A DNA stretch of 64,000 nucleotides from Treponema sp. (GTDB lineage Bacteria > Spirochaetota > Spirochaetia > Treponematales > Breznakiellaceae). This document shows, one piece after another, positions 63,169 to 64,000 of this stretch; the first letter of the stretch is position 1; each line of letters opens with the position of its first letter. Position numbers and translations under genes: made by a program. Location: positions 1,470 through 65,469 of the forward strand of contig WRIV01000012.1 in the NCBI GenBank assembly GCA_009782555.1, given 5' to 3'. The notes below the pieces were generated by a model. The model did not search any database and had not been told where the DNA came from. It was given only the letters and a program-made list of their open reading frames with translations.

Positions 63169-64000
63169 ATGAGCATAGAAGTTTTGGGAACCCAGGATAA
63201 GCCGCCCCTTGGGAAGTGGATTCCTTTAAGTTTACAGCATGTATTTGCCATGTTTGGAGCCACCATATTGGTCCCCCTGCTTACTGGACTGGACCCCTCC
63301 ACCGCCCTTTTTACTGCCGGTACGGGGACTCTGATCTTTATTCTTCTTACCGGCGCCAAGGTTCCCGCCTTTTTGGGTTCTTCCTTTGCATTTATTCCGG
63401 TGCTTCAAGCCGTCGGCGCTGCCTATGGCATACCCTATGCTATGGGGGGAGCAGTGGCGGCGGGTATTTTTTACTGCATAGTGGGGTTCATTATCCGTTT
63501 TACCGGGAAAAACTGGATCGACAAAGCGCTGCCTCCGGTAGTAATTGGATCAGTGATTGTGGTAATCGGCCTTAGTCTTGCCCCCACGGCGATGAACATG
63601 GCCATGAAGGTTGGCGGAGGTGCGGATGGGGAATACAGTATTGCGCTGCTTTCCATTGCAGCGGTAACTCTTGGTGTAACAGTGGCTGTCAGCATTCTCT
63701 TAAAGGGATTTTTTTCTATTATTCCCATCTTAGTGGGCATGATTTCCGGATATCTTTTTACCCTGGTTATGGGGTTTTTCTTTCCCGCCTATTGCTTGAT
63801 TGACTTTCAGGTTGTCAAGGATGCTCCCTGGTTCGGGATTCCAGCTTTTTCAGTGCCCAAATTTTCCCTGGTTCCTATCCTTACCTTTATGGTTTTTTCT
63901 TTGGCAACCATCTGCGAACACCTGGGGGATATTCTTGTCACCAGCAAAGTAGTGGGAGAGAATTTTTATAAAAAACCCGGACTTCACCGGACCCTGGCGG
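63169..64000 (+). CDS. uraA: Uracil/xanthine permease (NCS2 family), 5' partial that runs off the window
   Basis: My own translation from the ATG at 63169 (GGGAG RBS): MSIEVLGTQDKPPLGKWIPLSLQHVFAMFGATILVPLLTGL...FLGSSFAFI. The frame stays open to position 64000. It is absent from the ORF track because it has no stop codon in the window. Confidence 0.85.
   Translation, partial: MSIEVLGTQDKPPLGKWIPLSLQHVFAMFGATILVPLLTGLDPSTALFTAGTGTLIFILLTGAKVPAFLGSSFAFIPVLQAVGAAYGIPYAMGGAVAAGIFYCIVGFIIRFTGKNWIDKALPPVVIGSVIVVIGLSLAPTAMNMAMKVGGGADGEYSIALLSIAAVTLGVTVAVSILLKGFFSIIPILVGMISGYLFTLVMGFFFPAYCLIDFQVVKDAPWFGIPAFSVPKFSLVPILTFMVFSLATICEHLGDILVTSKVVGENFYKKPGLHRTLA

Overview
This 64-kb chromosomal window looks like a Treponema-like spirochaete. 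The taxonomic guess is an inference from a spirochaete-type FlaB flagellin ([11 protein letters not shown]...), a second FliG paralog, PFOR/OFOR-based anaerobic metabolism and a long B12-dependent NrdJ. I saw no rRNA, tRNA, CRISPR array, integrase or transposase. I support about 50 protein genes.

Housekeeping genes:
- orphan trpB2, pfk, flaB, nrdJ, single-chain PFOR, mazG, pth
- a MATE exporter, a SpoU methyltransferase, an M16 peptidase
- korDABG and a partial uraA

Signal-transduction genes are unusually dense:
- four hybrid histidine kinases, two orphan CheY-like receivers and one REC-HPt protein
- REC-HD-GYP, PilZ, EAL and FIST proteins, and a CHASE2 class III cyclase

Most notable loci:
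1. 3306-14308 (minus strand): a tight 11-kb operon. A REC-HD-GYP gene leads three paralogous hybrid kinases that surround a TAXI solute-binding lipoprotein. No TRAP membrane partner is present in the window.
2. 37599-43071: a promoter, a cobalamin riboswitch and a TonB-dependent receptor with BtuFCD-like genes, next to a PduO-type adenosyltransferase.
3. 43090-44705: an apparently leaderless hemerythrin gene, followed 6 nt later by a divergent FliG paralog.
4. 48311-53962: an OmpA-like / beta-barrel / FecR / CHASE2-cyclase operon.
5. 25440-30777: a CheY / GT4 glycosyltransferase / FIST / cytoplasmic hybrid-kinase operon.
6. 55941-59480: an A+T-rich islet (EAL, CPBP protease, PAP2 phosphatase) beside a MazEF-like toxin-antitoxin pair and a repeat-bearing beta-helix lipoprotein.
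7. 1526-1565: a perfect 40-bp palindrome over the predicted trpB2 promoter.

All functional calls come from reading motifs in the supplied translations. No database search was run.
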